DNA from: Takakia lepidozioides
Lineage: Eukaryota; Plantae; Bryophyta
NCBI GenBank assembly: GCA_030704615.1
Contig: CM060731.1
Coordinates: 40,734,001-40,798,000, forward strand
Reading direction: 5' to 3'
Length of the DNA stretch: 64,000 bases
A program made the translations under genes and the position numbers. This document shows, piece by piece, positions 43,901 to 56,897 of this stretch. The notes beneath the pieces are model-generated. The model did not search any database and had not been told where the DNA came from. It saw only the letters and a program-made list of their open reading frames with translations. Each line of letters opens with the position of its first letter. Position 1 is the first letter of the stretch.

Positions 43901-44830
43901 CTAAACCAAGCCAAATGGAATCTCATTTGGGCTAACATCTGGAACAAGCAGAGACCTGCTAAAGTCTCTGCATTTTTATGGCAAGTAGCAAACATAGTAC
44001 TTAAAGTTGGAGCCTGGTTGGCCTTCTCAGAAGTGTTGCTTTGTAAATGTTGCTCCTTGGGGATCTCGGAAAGCCTTGAGCACTGTCTTCTTCACTGCAG
44101 TATCCCATTGGCCTCGTCTTTTACAAATCATGCAAATTATTTGGAATCCAGGGTCTCCCTCCATAACTCAAAAACTCCTAAACTATGACAAGACTCGACA
44201 CCAAATATAGAGCCATTGTCCGATTTTTGAGGCTTGGATATCTATCACTCTATGGAACATCTAGAAAACCAGATGTAACTGGTCTCTCAGTAAAGACAAG
44301 ACTTGTCTTTCTGTGTTGCTGGCCACTATCTTTCATGAGGTTCAAATTGAAGGTAGAAAGGCTTGGGCAAAAATGGTTGCAGACATCTGTAGGAAACCAG
44401 ATGTTGAATATCAGAAATTCAGCAAATTTTAAGTGCTCATGGGGGAGAAACGACATCTTATGCTACTGCACTTCGACGGCATGCTGCCAGTGGGCCAGGG
44501 GCCCTCCAATCTCCTCCATGACTCACCAGAGTTCGAAAGAGAAATCAACTGGAAGCACATCAGTGCAAGGCACTCAACGAGGCTCTAAAGCTTTGAGCAT
44601 TAATCCACTCCTCAGCAGCGTCCTCCACATCTCCCTCGTAGACTGCCTCCACGTTGATTTTCTTGATCTTCAAGGTTATGGCTCCGGATGTCTGCCTCAT
44701 AGTGTTGTTTTAATCTCCATTTTCATGCTGCTATTTTATTTCTCTAGCAGGTCCAGGCTGCATTGCTTCACTGCAATCTGTGTATCAGTCGGTCCAGGCT
44801 GTTTGCTTCAAATGTAGAAATCGTAATGGT
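40930..44830 (+). mobile_element. 5'-truncated L1/Tx1-like LINE ORF2 remnant lacking its RT core
   Basis: WATKGERMSKYFF (41480s), LQKKLVYWGSRHLSITGR, VSWAQICLPKKKGGLGIIDP...ALLGKW, zf-RVT IWNKQRPAKVSAFLWQ...CKCC...ESLEHCLLHC; frameshifts and stops; interrupted at ~41714-42514. Confidence 0.88.
41714..42514. mobile_element. AT-rich non-autonomous DNA element with ~20-bp imperfect TIRs
   Basis: Left end agcccgggggagtcactccc; right end ggaagtgacctccccgggct (reverse complement agcccggggaggtcacttcc); internal accctatatt repeats; no TSD. Confidence 0.75.
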
Positions 44831-44884
44831 TGCTTCTCTCTAATGGCTCTCAGTAGTAGGTCTCGATCTGATCTAGTATGCAAC

Positions 44885-45063
44885 TATATATATATATATA
44901 TATATGACGTCTCCCAAAGGGAGCGTAACTTATGGTGTCACTTGATCTCGAAGGGCTACTGCCTTCCAGCAGGAAGGTGGACACCTTCATGACACACCAG
45001 ACGATGAACCCACAACCACATCCAACGTGGTATGTGCCCATTACCATTGGGCTACATGTTGGT
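44885..45063 (-). mobile_element. tRNA-derived SINE, family B, copy 2
   Basis: Reverse-complement homolog of 40746-40916 with a (TA)n tail of about ten units. Confidence 0.8.
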
Positions 45064-45437
45064 TGTCTAGTATGCAACTCTACCACTCCAATTCATGCCC
45101 TGCTTCAGGAACCCACATCTCGTGTGTTCCTGCTCCCCTCTCAACGTAGACCTAGCTGTAGTTTTTAGATCGTAGCATCACCTTTATCATCCATATGGAT
45201 GGCTCTCTCTTCGTTAAAAAAACTCGGGTTTGTCCTTCACCAACTGGTGTGCATGCCTCATGGTCCCACATGGGTTTATTTTTCCCCCACGTTGAATAAA
45301 ATAAATGGGCTTCATCCGTTTTATTTAAAAATAAATAAAATAAAATAAAATATTACTATCTTTTTAAAAAAAGGGACAGTCAAAAAATCATTTAGTAATC
45401 TACAACTACTTTCTAACATTTTATTACGTGTATATAC

Positions 45438-45971
45438 CAGTGTTGGACTGGTATATATGGGGCCGAGGTAGCTCGGGTAAGGGTATCACAACAGGGTACC
45501 AGACCAGGCAGGTATAAGCAAGTGGCAATACCCAGGGCAGAAACATATTGGGGGCAATATAGGAAAACGCTAATTCGTGGGCTCCTACTAGAGGGGACCA
45601 GCCTTGTATCGCAAGGAACGCAGGTTTGTCGATACCAGTACTCTGTCTTCCGCCGTCGTTTGCACCCTAGGTATCAATACGTGGAGCATTAGGGATTTCA
45701 GCAGCTGAAGTGCGGCATTCAGCTTTATATATTTATTTTAAAAAGAAAAAAGAAAAAACTGTCCAAATTATACCTACCATGGAGAATTTCGACCATAGAG
45801 CTGTATTGATACCAGTATTGATATACCCCCAGTATAAGATTTGAAATTTGTAATACTGATACCATAACATACCAGGCAAAATAAAAACAATGTACAAAAG
45901 TTTAATATCTATTCACCGGCAATTCCAGACACTCGCTGGTATGAAATGTTTATGATATCGGTCCAACACTA
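45438..45971. mobile_element. hAT-superfamily MITE
   Basis: TIRs cagtgttggac... and ...gtccaacacta; perfect 8-bp TSD gtatatac at 45430-45437 and 45972-45979. Confidence 0.88.
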
Positions 45972-46919
45972 GTATATACACATATGCATTTTATGACCAT
46001 GTGTAGTACTAAGACAAAAATGAAAGGCCAATATTCCAGAAAAAAACCCAATTTATTATATTTCATGAATTTCCAGTGACAAAAAAAAACTTGAAATTCA
46101 ATATCTCCCACACTGTAGGTCCAAAAATTTGTGAAACCACCTCGATGCACCCCTACTCAGCTTTCTAGGGGTATTAAGAACCGGGCTGAGGCCTTGCGGT
46201 CTGGGAGATCTCAACGTGACAAACAAAACAAAACAAAACAAACTACCTTGCTTGATGATTATACATATGGAGGGGCTAATGTTCCCATTTCCATTCGTCA
46301 ATGCTCGTTTTTCCTCTTTATGCTAATTAAGTTTAGTCCTCGCTCTGTTGTTCGTTCTATTTCATCTTCATGGTCACTCATGGCTGTTGTTCGTTCTATT
46401 TCATCTTCATGGTCACTCATGGCTCATTGTCTCATTGTTACTGTTCGTAGGATCATCCTTCATAGGTCGTTGTGTGTCCAAGCCTTATCGGAGCCTTGGG
46501 GCTTGTAAGGGTTTTAGTTTTTTCCCCTTCAATGATCAATAAAACTCTCAAGGGCTTCCACCCCTTTTCCTTCAAAAATAATAATTATAGTTATAGAAGA
46601 ATAAGAAGACTCCGGCCGAAGCCGGCGTAACTAAGAGCCACTTTGCCTTGCGGCTACTGCACCTTTTTATGGGTGGGCCCTATGTATTATAATTATAATA
46701 TTTTATTTGTCCCCTCTTGAAACAAAAAACAAATTTCATTCACACCACCCTAAGAAATCCATTTCAACAAAAATTTTCCTTTCAATCCCCAACTGAAATT
46801 TTTCCCCTTTTTTACTTATCTTTTTACTTATTTTGGAAATGAAGGAAATCGAGGAGCGCATGCTCACAATTCAAGCCCTCAAGGAGGGGGGGGGGGGGCT
46901 AAACCTCCTTTAATACAAG

Positions 46920-47040
46920 CCATTGGGCACACAAGAGGAAACATCACCCCCAGACAAAACAAACCATACCTTCCGGCAGAGTTGCAGGATTTGAACCCCG
47001 TACCACCAGGGCAACATATGACAGCGCACTATCCCACTGC
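46920..47040 (-). mobile_element. Diverged tRNA-headed SINE fragment
   Basis: The reverse complement contains cagtgggatagtgcgc and ggttcaaatcctgc (A/B-box-like), resembling the family A head. Confidence 0.5.
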
Positions 47041-47539
47041 AATCTTGTTTTTCAATAAAACCAAGCATATTATGATAAAATGGGTTTTATTTGTAACCAA
47101 TTTTTGTGGAACCAATGTGAAGGTCCACATAGCAAAATAGCATATTGAGTCAACAATAATTTGGCTGATGTTGTTTCATATTTTACTTAATCAACACGGT
47201 AAGCATATGTACTTCAGCATAAGAAGCAAGAAGTAGGACCTGAAACTTGTCATGCGAAAGCAAACTGGAGAAGTAGTCCTTGTTGGACAGTATTTAGTGG
47301 ATTTGCTAGTAGAAATTTCAACTCGAAATGCTGAAAAGTGAGTCTTTATAGTAGGAACAGAAAGAAAATCCTAAAATTGCTATTATCGATAGTGTTCAAA
47401 ATTTTGAGGAATCAATCAATCAAGCGCTCTAGAACGCATACCAGCTGCTTGCATATCGCCAAATCTAAAATCCTACACCTTGAAACCCCAAACTGGAAAC
47501 TTTGGTGATTCTTAGTCTTCTGGAATGGAGAGCACTAAT

Positions 47540-48420
47540 CTAGGAACAAAATTGTCCATCAGTTGCAATCTGCGATCTCACTTCCTTGAAGATCTCTGCA
47601 AGCCTATCAGATGAGACAGTGTATTTTTTCTCTTTGGCGGCTGAGCTTGTGATCCGGAGGTTGAAGCCCCCCAACACCATCACATGCCTGAATTCTTCAC
47701 TGAAGCTTGTCTCACACAATTCTCTGTAAACCGCCAGGACATGTGCCTGGATGCCAGTAGTTGCGGCACTGGAGAAAGGGTGACCCATAGCACTCCTCCC
47801 CACCCGGAGCCTAGCAAATTCGCTCCACTCCTTGATGGAGTCGTGGGACCTCGAGGGGTCCTTGATGAAGGTAAAGACATGTGTCTCCACTGCCATAAGG
47901 GACTCTTTCACCTGGATGGCATTTTCCCGTAGAATTTCCAATCCCTCGGTCACAATGCAAATAAACAACTTCGTCGAGTCTTCACGCAATTTGGCAACAT
48001 AATCCGAAAGAACTTTCTCATCATCATCCGGGGAATAATCCGGGGAGTAATCCCACAGGATCCGGAGGGCCTCCACATATACTCCAAAAATTACCTCGTC
48101 CTCCCAATCTAAAACAAAGACAGATCAACACACTCAGTACAGAGTGCATCGATGTTAAAGACCTTAAAACAAAGACATAAAACATGATGAGAACATAGTA
48201 AACTTACTCTTTGCCTTTCCGCGGCTGAATTGGTGCACAAGCAAGCCATCTGCACATAAGGGTCCAATGCTGCAACAACTCGTGCATTCTGAGTAATTTT
48301 CATAGTCGTCCGAAGTTGGGCCATGAATGTGACCTCGAGCACCTTGTATGCTTCAAAACATACCATGGTATTTTGGTGAATTTGTTGCAGATCTGCGTGG
48401 AGTTTCTTCAGCTCCTTCAT
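47540..48420 (-). pseudogene. Uncharacterised two-exon gene or gene remnant (intron 48207-48109), probably frameshifted in exon 1
   Basis: GC-richer coding-like island in AT-rich DNA; strong donor aga|gtaagt and acceptor ttttag|; exon 2 open for ~189 codons; splicing restores the frame only with a shift near 48330. Confidence 0.5.
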
Positions 48421-51400
48421 CTTGAGAACATCACCGATGCTGTTCGAAACGAGGCAAGTCCCACCACATAGCATAGGGTCAGAGATTCGCCGGGACGTTT
48501 GGGATACCCGAAAACCTGTCCGTTTTCTTGGTCAAACAATAAGGAGTCTAAGGACTCTCCCTCTGCGTCTGCCTCATCCTAAGGCTCCACCAGGCTGGCG
48601 ATTTAAAAGTAAAAAAAAATTCTTAAGTTGAAAAATTCGATAGAAAAACTATGCTGAAGAACAAATTGGCTCTTGACCCATTGAATTGGTAATTTCTATA
48701 AAAGATTCAATAATTGGAATTTTGATGACTCATAAAGTGGAATAGAGACTAGACTTGATTATCTTTACTTTGTTAGTTCAACTCAAATGCAAAAAATATT
48801 GTTTTCAAAGTGAAAACTAAGTTTGACCAGAGAGAAGCCACTGTAGGGCCTCTTGGGCGTTTAGGGGTTAAAATCCCACTTAGTTTAAAGGAGACGACTC
48901 TAGAACATCTAATACTTCATCGAAAATATCAATATATTTCTTATTTCTTATTTTTTCAAAAAGCAAACTTTGGGAGTTGGAACAAATTATTCTACTCAGC
49001 TCATAAAATGAGATGAATAAAACATGTAGGTCAATAAAATACATGAAATTATTAATCAATCAAATAGTGTACTAATTTGAAATTACACACCTCAACATGT
49101 ACATGTACAATTCAATTCTATGCATGTGAAATGATGGAAATAATAAAACTGGTCATGAATTAAGTTATGACTCACGATGGATTATAGCAATGCATTTGGC
49201 AAACAAGAGAGACCATAAATTTTTTACGCAATAGTTGCGCTTTGCAAGAAACACAATGCAAACAAGCCTCCACAAGCTTTGAGTGTTCTTGTGTAGCGTG
49301 TTGTCGTAGCTCCCTATTCACAATACTAATTTTGTATACAAGATATACTTCACGCACACAAAGAGAACACTACAAAGAGAACTTGATTTCCAACAGTTTC
49401 TCTCTCCATCGCCTAGGAAGATAAACCCATTGTTCCCACGCACCTATTGTCACACACATGCTATGTCGCTCTGGACCTGTGTCTTTTGTCTTCTGTGCTT
49501 ATGTGACTTGTCTGTGTCTTCCCATCCCGTTCCCCTTCCATTTCCATCTCGTCTTCTCCGCTCTTCCCCGCGCTTTCTTATTCTTGGATCAGGAAAGCGG
49601 CGCCCCCGCCCTCAACCCGCCCATAGCAGTCCTAGACACGAAGGGCACCTACAGAGACTCGAGAGAGGCAGGATTCAAATCAGATCATGCAAAAGTACGT
49701 ACCACGAACAATCTCAATTATAGTGTCTAGGATACGAATTAACCACCCACTTCAATTGAAGATCTACAATAGAAATGTTAGCATGGTTCGATTTTGGTTC
49801 AAAGACACCAGTGACTCGATAATCAAGGGTTTTTTGACAGCCAACCTTCGAAAGCAAAAAAAAGTGGCAGATTGTGAAGAAGTTCATTTCTGAACGTGAA
49901 CCAGCACTAGCTGCATTCTTATTGGCCAACTCATTTTCAAATTCTTCGTTTTTCTTAGACAGCTTCAAAAACGCGGGAGGGCGGAGTTCCGCTCTCATGC
50001 ATGCGGTGGAGGGTACATGACATCTACGAGTGGTACAAAGAGCACAAGCCATACCTTGCCAGCAAAGGAGAAAGTGGTGAAAAATCTGGTAGTCCATTAG
50101 CATCTCTTGCCATTGATGGGAGGATGCACCCTCCTCCACAATCAAGGTGAATCCAATATCTATATTGTCACATATGTTGACACTTTTTTCTGGTTGTCAT
50201 TTTGCAGCATTTGAAAGCTGACTTGAGAGGCTTTTTATAAGATGATACAGATGGAAGAGAAGGACCAGCTCGTGGGCATCATCACGCTATTTACATATGA
50301 TGTAAGTTAATGAATCAAAAGGAGGCTGTTTTTTGACGCCCAAATGAATATTGTTCTATAGTATAGATGATGGTCTTATTAACCATCATCCATGTAGAGG
50401 GTATTTATTTTGAGTTTTGTAATCATGCAAAGTTTAGAAATAGGTAATTAATGCATTTGTTGCATTATGCCTACAGGATGGGCATGTACTATTATTTCCA
50501 CAGAGGTGGATTCCATCATAAAAACCTTGTAAGAATGTGACTTTTGCAGTAATATATACATGCTATTGAGTTTTCTCGGGAAAATGTGCATTGACCATTA
50601 GTGGGAAACTTGCACAAGCCTTTGAAGTTATTTCCTCATATTTGTTGTTGATTTGCTGGCTGGCCAATACAATATCAACTCTATATCCATCTATGTGTTC
50701 TAGGTTGTTCAACCAGGCACGACCAACAATATACAAGAAGAGAAAGGTGGAGAAATCACTCGAGAACAATCATGAAGCAGTTTTATAGGTATATGTAATG
50801 CGATTAATCACTGGTGTTTATTATTGATGTTGACACAACTTACTCTTTGTAGTACTAGACTTATGCTAGATTGTGTTGCAATACATTGGGTTTTAATGTT
50901 GAATTGTTTCAAATATTTATGATATGAATGGCTAATCGAGGGCATTCAAAAGCTCTCCTTAAGCGCCAAAAAAACCTTTGCAATAGTAGCCATGGACTTG
51001 GAGACCGTGCACAGTGGACCAAAATTGGCGTAATATCATGAATTGCTTTGAATAGAATCAATAATGTTGAGAAATATTTTTCATGTTGGATTCCTAACTT
51101 CAATATCTACCTATATCAACCGTTAAATTGTCAATAAAATAAAATGTCCAAAATGTATGGACTTTTGAACACGACAACTGTGGACTGTTACCGTTCCAAA
51201 TCGAAATACATGGACTCAAAATAAGCCATTGTGCCTTTGGCTTGAAGTTTTGAGGTAAGGGGGTCGATTTAGAGAACACTCTAGATTTCAATTTAAATGA
51301 CAATATCTGTCATTTTTTACCTATGGACTAATATGAGTGTTATATATTAGTATTATAATATAAGTGTTATATGAGTACATCTTGTGTTTTGGGCTTTTTG

Positions 51401-51834
51401 AGGTGCCATATTTTACTGCAAATACCAAAAGTATAATCTACAATGGTTTTGGTTGTATATGGATAAATCGATGTAAATTCTAATTTTTGATGTATCAAAT
51501 CTTATTCAAATTAAAGACTAAAATTTATAGTAAAAATTATCTTTGACCTTTATTAAAAATGTTAAGTATACCATTGTCTATCATGATCATTTGAAATTAT
51601 TTGGGGTTGCCATTGCAACCAGTGGCATAAACATGTGAATTGGTTTGAACTATGGAGGAGCAGTTTATGGGTGCTGTGCTGCAGAAGCCTGGCAAAATTA
51701 GATCTCACTTTTAATAGACTTTGCCTCATTTTCCAATAAATTTGATGGTTTAGTGGAACATGAGTAATGGTTCAACCGCACTCTTAAAAGGCCAAACATC
51801 CACTTCCAATACATCATGATTAACTAAAAAATCC

Positions 51835-53165
51835 CTAGATCTCTTAAAGATCCTATAAGAGATGCTTATGTTCTCTAAACAATCACATTAGTGGAACCGA
51901 AACATGAGTTACTAATGTATGATTTTTTGGTCAAACAGCACCCTTGGAAGGCCAAATGCTCATTTCCTTTCTTCATCTTTTTGTTCAATGTACAATCACA
52001 CTAATGAATCTGAAAACTTTAAAAGATTTTTATTCAATATACGATTACCTAGTGAAACCGAGACAATCATAGATCCTTTGAAAGATGCTTTTAAAGATGA
52101 TTTTGTTCAATACACACTTACACTAATAGAGTTGAGACATTCCAGATTCTTTAAAGATCTTTTAACCCCTAAAGAACTGTCGCTTCAGGGGGCACCAGGG
52201 TCCACCTCCCCTAGATGTGAGTGGATGGAGGTGGCCCCAAGATAAAGTGAAGGGATTAAGGAGAATCACACGTGTGAATTTAAAGCGCATCAAAATATTA
52301 AAATTTCTGCTCCCTAGATTTTTTTTAAAGTCCAAATTAGGGGTTGACTTGACTACGTGGCAGACTAAATGAGGAATCTTTGAAAACAAGGGCTCAGATT
52401 TTATCAAAATTCCAAATTATTTTGACAATGCACTTGGTAATGTTAGTGTGCACTTACTTACCACAGGAGTTAGAAAAAACAATATCATGTCATGGCTCTA
52501 CTTGGGTAAGAAGCCAATCCGTATTATTTTACCCACCAGATTTCACATACAAAGCACCCCCCCTTAATTTTTGGAAAATTCACCAGATTTTTGGTTTGAG
52601 GGTTTGGGATGTAGCACTACACTAGAATATAGCACTTTTTTTCCCAGAAACTTTTTGCAACATTGATTTTTTTCTTGGTCAAACATCAAGTTTTGGTGTC
52701 ATTTTCCTAAAAATGCACCATTTTCAATTGTTATAATCTCCCAAACAAAATAGTGGAATCTCCCCAAATTTGGGGTGCATGTGCATCTGGTAGGTAGGTA
52801 TGACTTTGTACGGTTCATCCATGTGGATGAAGGGGGGTAGGGAGCTAGAGGCTTACGTGTGAAGGTGGGGCCAGTTTTGTCCCAAAATCCAAAAAGAGGT
52901 CTAGTCCTTGAAGGGTTAAAAAATGATTTTGTTCAGTACACACATTCAAGCTAGTACAACTGAGACATTCCCAGATCCTCTAAAGATCCTTTAAAATATT
53001 CTTTGGTTCAGCACACAGTCATACTAGTGCAACTGAGACATTCACAAATCATCCAAAGATTTTTTAAGATATGCTTTAAGAGATTTTCTTAAAAGAGATC
53101 CTCTAAAGATCCTTTAAAAGATGCTGTTGTTCAATACACAATAATTCCTAATCCTTTAAAAGATG
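51835..53165. repeat. Dispersed/tandem copies of a taaagatcctttaaa...ttgttcaatacaca...tgagacattc motif
   Basis: The motif recurs at ~51840, ~52070-52165, and several times in 52920-53165. Confidence 0.65.
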
Positions 53166-53799
53166 GCAGGCTTGTCACTCCACTTTAGTATTGAAAGAAT
53201 AGTAGGGGTGGGCAGAGCATCTCAATTTAGTAACCGTTTGAGAGAGGGGAAGAGACGGAATGCTTGATGCTACACATGAAGCGTGAAGCTGGATGATCGT
53301 TCCCATGTATAGAGTATAGAGGAGCCTACTGGCACACTGATCGTTTCTTGCATCCAGGTTGCAACTACACAGACCACATATTTTCTACGTTTTCCTCACT
53401 TACTGCAAACAGGGCTAGTGTGGAGATTTTGAAAGTTAACCGTGCATGTCAACTCCATATCCAAGGCCCTGTCCTCTAGATTTGATCATGCCAGAGGCCT
53501 CACGTCATGCAGTGGCTTAAAGAGCTTGCTTGTGGAGCTGAAAGCGGCATCCACCTATGGAATGCGCAGAGTATATAGTCTTTTCAAAATAGAGACACTA
53601 GACCCAGATTGGAAAAGAAAGACTTGTCATGCATAAGCCTGTTTAGCATCTGTGTGAATTTGCATATGTTCGGATGTTCCCTATTGTGTAGAGTCCAATG
53701 GAGCCACAGTAACTTGGCACATGAATGTGCTGAAAGCTATACTCGCACTCGTCCATAAATGACGGCTGTTGGAGTTCTGGGCACGAAGGTCTACCGTGA

Positions 53800-53935
53800 A
53801 GCATCAAGCTGCATTGGATTGAGGTTTTAAAAGATCCCTTACAATGGTGGGATAACCTCAATAAGGGGTGGCTTTGTTAATGTAGGAAGTGGCAATTTTG
53901 TGAGTCCGTCAACTGTGGGCTCTTCCTGTCAATAT
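53800..53935 (+). mobile_element. Possible hAT transposase C-terminal dimerisation-domain remnant
   Basis: Reads LKDPLQWWDNL followed (with frame breaks) by EVAI and SPSTVGSSC, resembling P..WW...L..VAI..LSQ..SSS.CER. Confidence 0.3.
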
Positions 53936-56897
53936 CTAAATTTCTTGTTTGTCCTGGTGTTTACGATGTACTTGGGAGGGTCTGCTTGGCAAGCAAACAA
54001 GAAGATGCATCAGAATGACAACTGAGAGCTAATGACTTCTCCAGAAAATCAACCTTGACATCATCCGAACTCTGCTTTTGCAGAATCCACTTTTTTGATG
54101 GATTCTTGTGTGGTGATGAAGATGTTCTCTCTACTAGGCACACACAGCTGGGGCTATGTTGCATTTTCTCATTAAGAGCAAGAAACCCGTCCTACTACGG
54201 TGAAGCCCTTACATTCTGGCGCGTCTGGCGCGTTCTTAGGTGTCAAAGTCAGGCTTCTTTCGAGGTGCGCAGTGACTCCACACTGTGTATGCAGCAGGTC
54301 CATGCTTTTGTAAGCTCCATTTCTCTCATCATGAATCAACCAGGACCCACAATGACAACTGAGCACCAACAACAACTGATTCTCATGGCAGCCCAGCTGA
54401 TTCTGGTTTTGCCAGAGATTTTCCAGTCATTTCCGGGTTTGGGATTCCGCGGTAGCACTGGTTTTAACCATCCTCGGGGATTGATGGCGGTAGATGATAT
54501 AGACACAGCCTTGGGTGATGCAATGTTTCTTGCTTTGACTAGCATGAACACAGCCATTCAAGCCATATTAGCCTCGATCTCAGAAGAGGACTCGGCACTC
54601 CTGCAAGAATTAGGCGGGATGCGAGGTGGGGATTAGGCTGCAGGTGTAGCCAAGGGTCACAAAATTCCTACTTTTAAGTGTTAGCTAGTTCGTGTTTGCT
54701 CTCTACTTCTTCCCGCTTCGTCCTCGCTTTCTCGCACATGGCAGCTTGCCCCGGGGCTCTGCTGTGCGCGCTGCGTGAGGCAGGCCCTGTATTCTACTTG
54801 CGGTGAAAGGGCGGGAGGCTTGATATCATGTAGTAGATACACGAGCCAGGCTATGGAGCGAAAATGGGTATCCAGGTTGGCAATGCTCCGGAGAGCCTTG
54901 CAAGTGATGGCTATGACGCCTCAGGCTCAGAAAGGTACAGAAAATGTAATTGTTTGTGTGTTTTGTTGTTCAGTCTCTAAACTGCTTGCCTCTGCTGCAT
55001 GTACATTATATGTCCTTGAGACATCCCTGCTTAAGTTGTTCCATATGGTGAACAAGTTCGCTTGTTATGCTTCTTCCATTCGCTGCGTGAGAGTGAAAAA
55101 GAGGTACATCAGTCGTAGCTCCAATGGTATTAGTTTTGGGAACTGCCCACCAGTGCTCGCGCATATTCCACGGAAATCCCGCTGCAAATTCCAAAGGGGC
55201 AACTATTTTGAGCTTCCTTCTTAAATTGGTGGCTAGTTAACACAGAGTTGACAGAGTGCAAAGCCATATTGCAAGTCATGGATAAAATGCAGAGACAGTT
55301 GTAATCAGTGACAGTTCCTATGATATTGGCAATCATCTACCCTTCAAGGGTGTACCCGCAGGTTCTCAACTCTCCTGGAGCCAGCAGGAGGCGTGATGTT
55401 CGGATAAACATCATGCAATGTGAATTCCAGCACTCCAGATTTAGCTTCCAATTTCACAATGTGGCTGTGATTGAACTATCTTTTACAGGGCTTTGTGCGT
55501 ACATGAGAGAGAATGCACTCATGAGACGTTGTTTGCTATAGCCTTGTGGCCGCGCCCAGTTTGGGCAGAACAAGAGTGAACAGACACTACCTTTGGGAGG
55601 AGCTCACTCCAGTAGTGGGACTCACCTTGATATAAGGGACCAGGGCTTTAGGCCCAGCCTCGAGATTTTGAAAGTTGGTTAATGGAGCTGATTTCATACA
55701 AGAACTCAAATTTAATAGAAGAAGAGTGGCCCTCACCTGCACCCGTCCCAGAAAATGCCACAAGCATACTGGGTTAGTGAGGCTGTTGGCAGGCCCTCTT
55801 GCATGCTATAGCTTTCCAAAATGGACCAGAGAGAGATTAGACAGTTCGTGGTCAAAACTGAAAACGATCACACATAGAAACAGATGGAGCGTCACAGCAT
55901 ATCAACTTACAGCCTTCTCAGGCACCATCACAGGCCCTCATAGTTTTTCAGTTCTCAGATAGCAGTATGATGACATAAAGATCATACCCCAATCCATTAC
56001 AGTTGCTTAGAGATTTCTGACTTCGTGAAAAAATAGTCAAAAGCCAGGATAGAGAAATGAAATGAAATGAAATGGTACTTTATAGCGAGGATAGAGAGAG
56101 AGCCAGAGGGATCAGGGAATTCTTGAGTGTTGTTACAAAGAACTCAGCCACATTCGAGGAAAGAGAGGCAAAGAGAGAGAGAGAGATCAAGAGAAAGCTA
56201 TAGTAGCAGTCTTCAATGAGACTCAGGTAATTAGGAGCTGCTCAAGATCTATGTTTCAGTGGTGTTTGCATGCAGGCTAAGCAATAAACAGAGGGTAGAT
56301 TTGGCGAAAATTATCTCAAATCCTTGTCAATTGTGGGGTAACAGGTCTGATGAGGTGAGGTTATCCCTATGGTTACCCAATCATTTTGTAGGATACAAAG
56401 CAATGAAATTTTTCCACGTGAGCTGTGGTTTGCTTGCAGTTGCGGCACATTGTTTGGAAGGATGTTTGTGGAGCTTTGGTGGTTGTAGCCTGGTGATCTG
56501 TGGGATGCCATGTCTGCTCATCTGCACACTTGTTGTTTTCCCAGACAAGTCCAAGAATACAAGACTATAGGCACATTTGCACAAAGAAGGTCGTTTGGAT
56601 TCAGGGTTGTTCAAACCCCCCTTGGGTGGAAGTGTCAGTTGCCAACAGACAAGGTCGAGTACAATCTGGTGTTGGTTGTATACACCGTGGAGATTCAAGC
56701 CAAGAATACAATGGGTATTGTTCTGATGGGAGGTCGGTTAGACAGATAGATATGTTCAAAGAAGGTGACCCCTTGGGTTTCTAACACTGCTAGTGTTCAG
56801 CAAGAAGCCTGGAATATTTCCTGATAATGTCTAGGAGCATTCAGATGTTTCTGAGTTCAAGGGTCAAAGATTGTAACTAACTTTTGAGTCATGCAGG

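Noticed and set aside
53800-53870. OSB-family PDF motif (W...DP..WWDN)
   Set aside because: The following K.NP..PDFKHK is absent; downstream residues fit a hAT remnant somewhat better.
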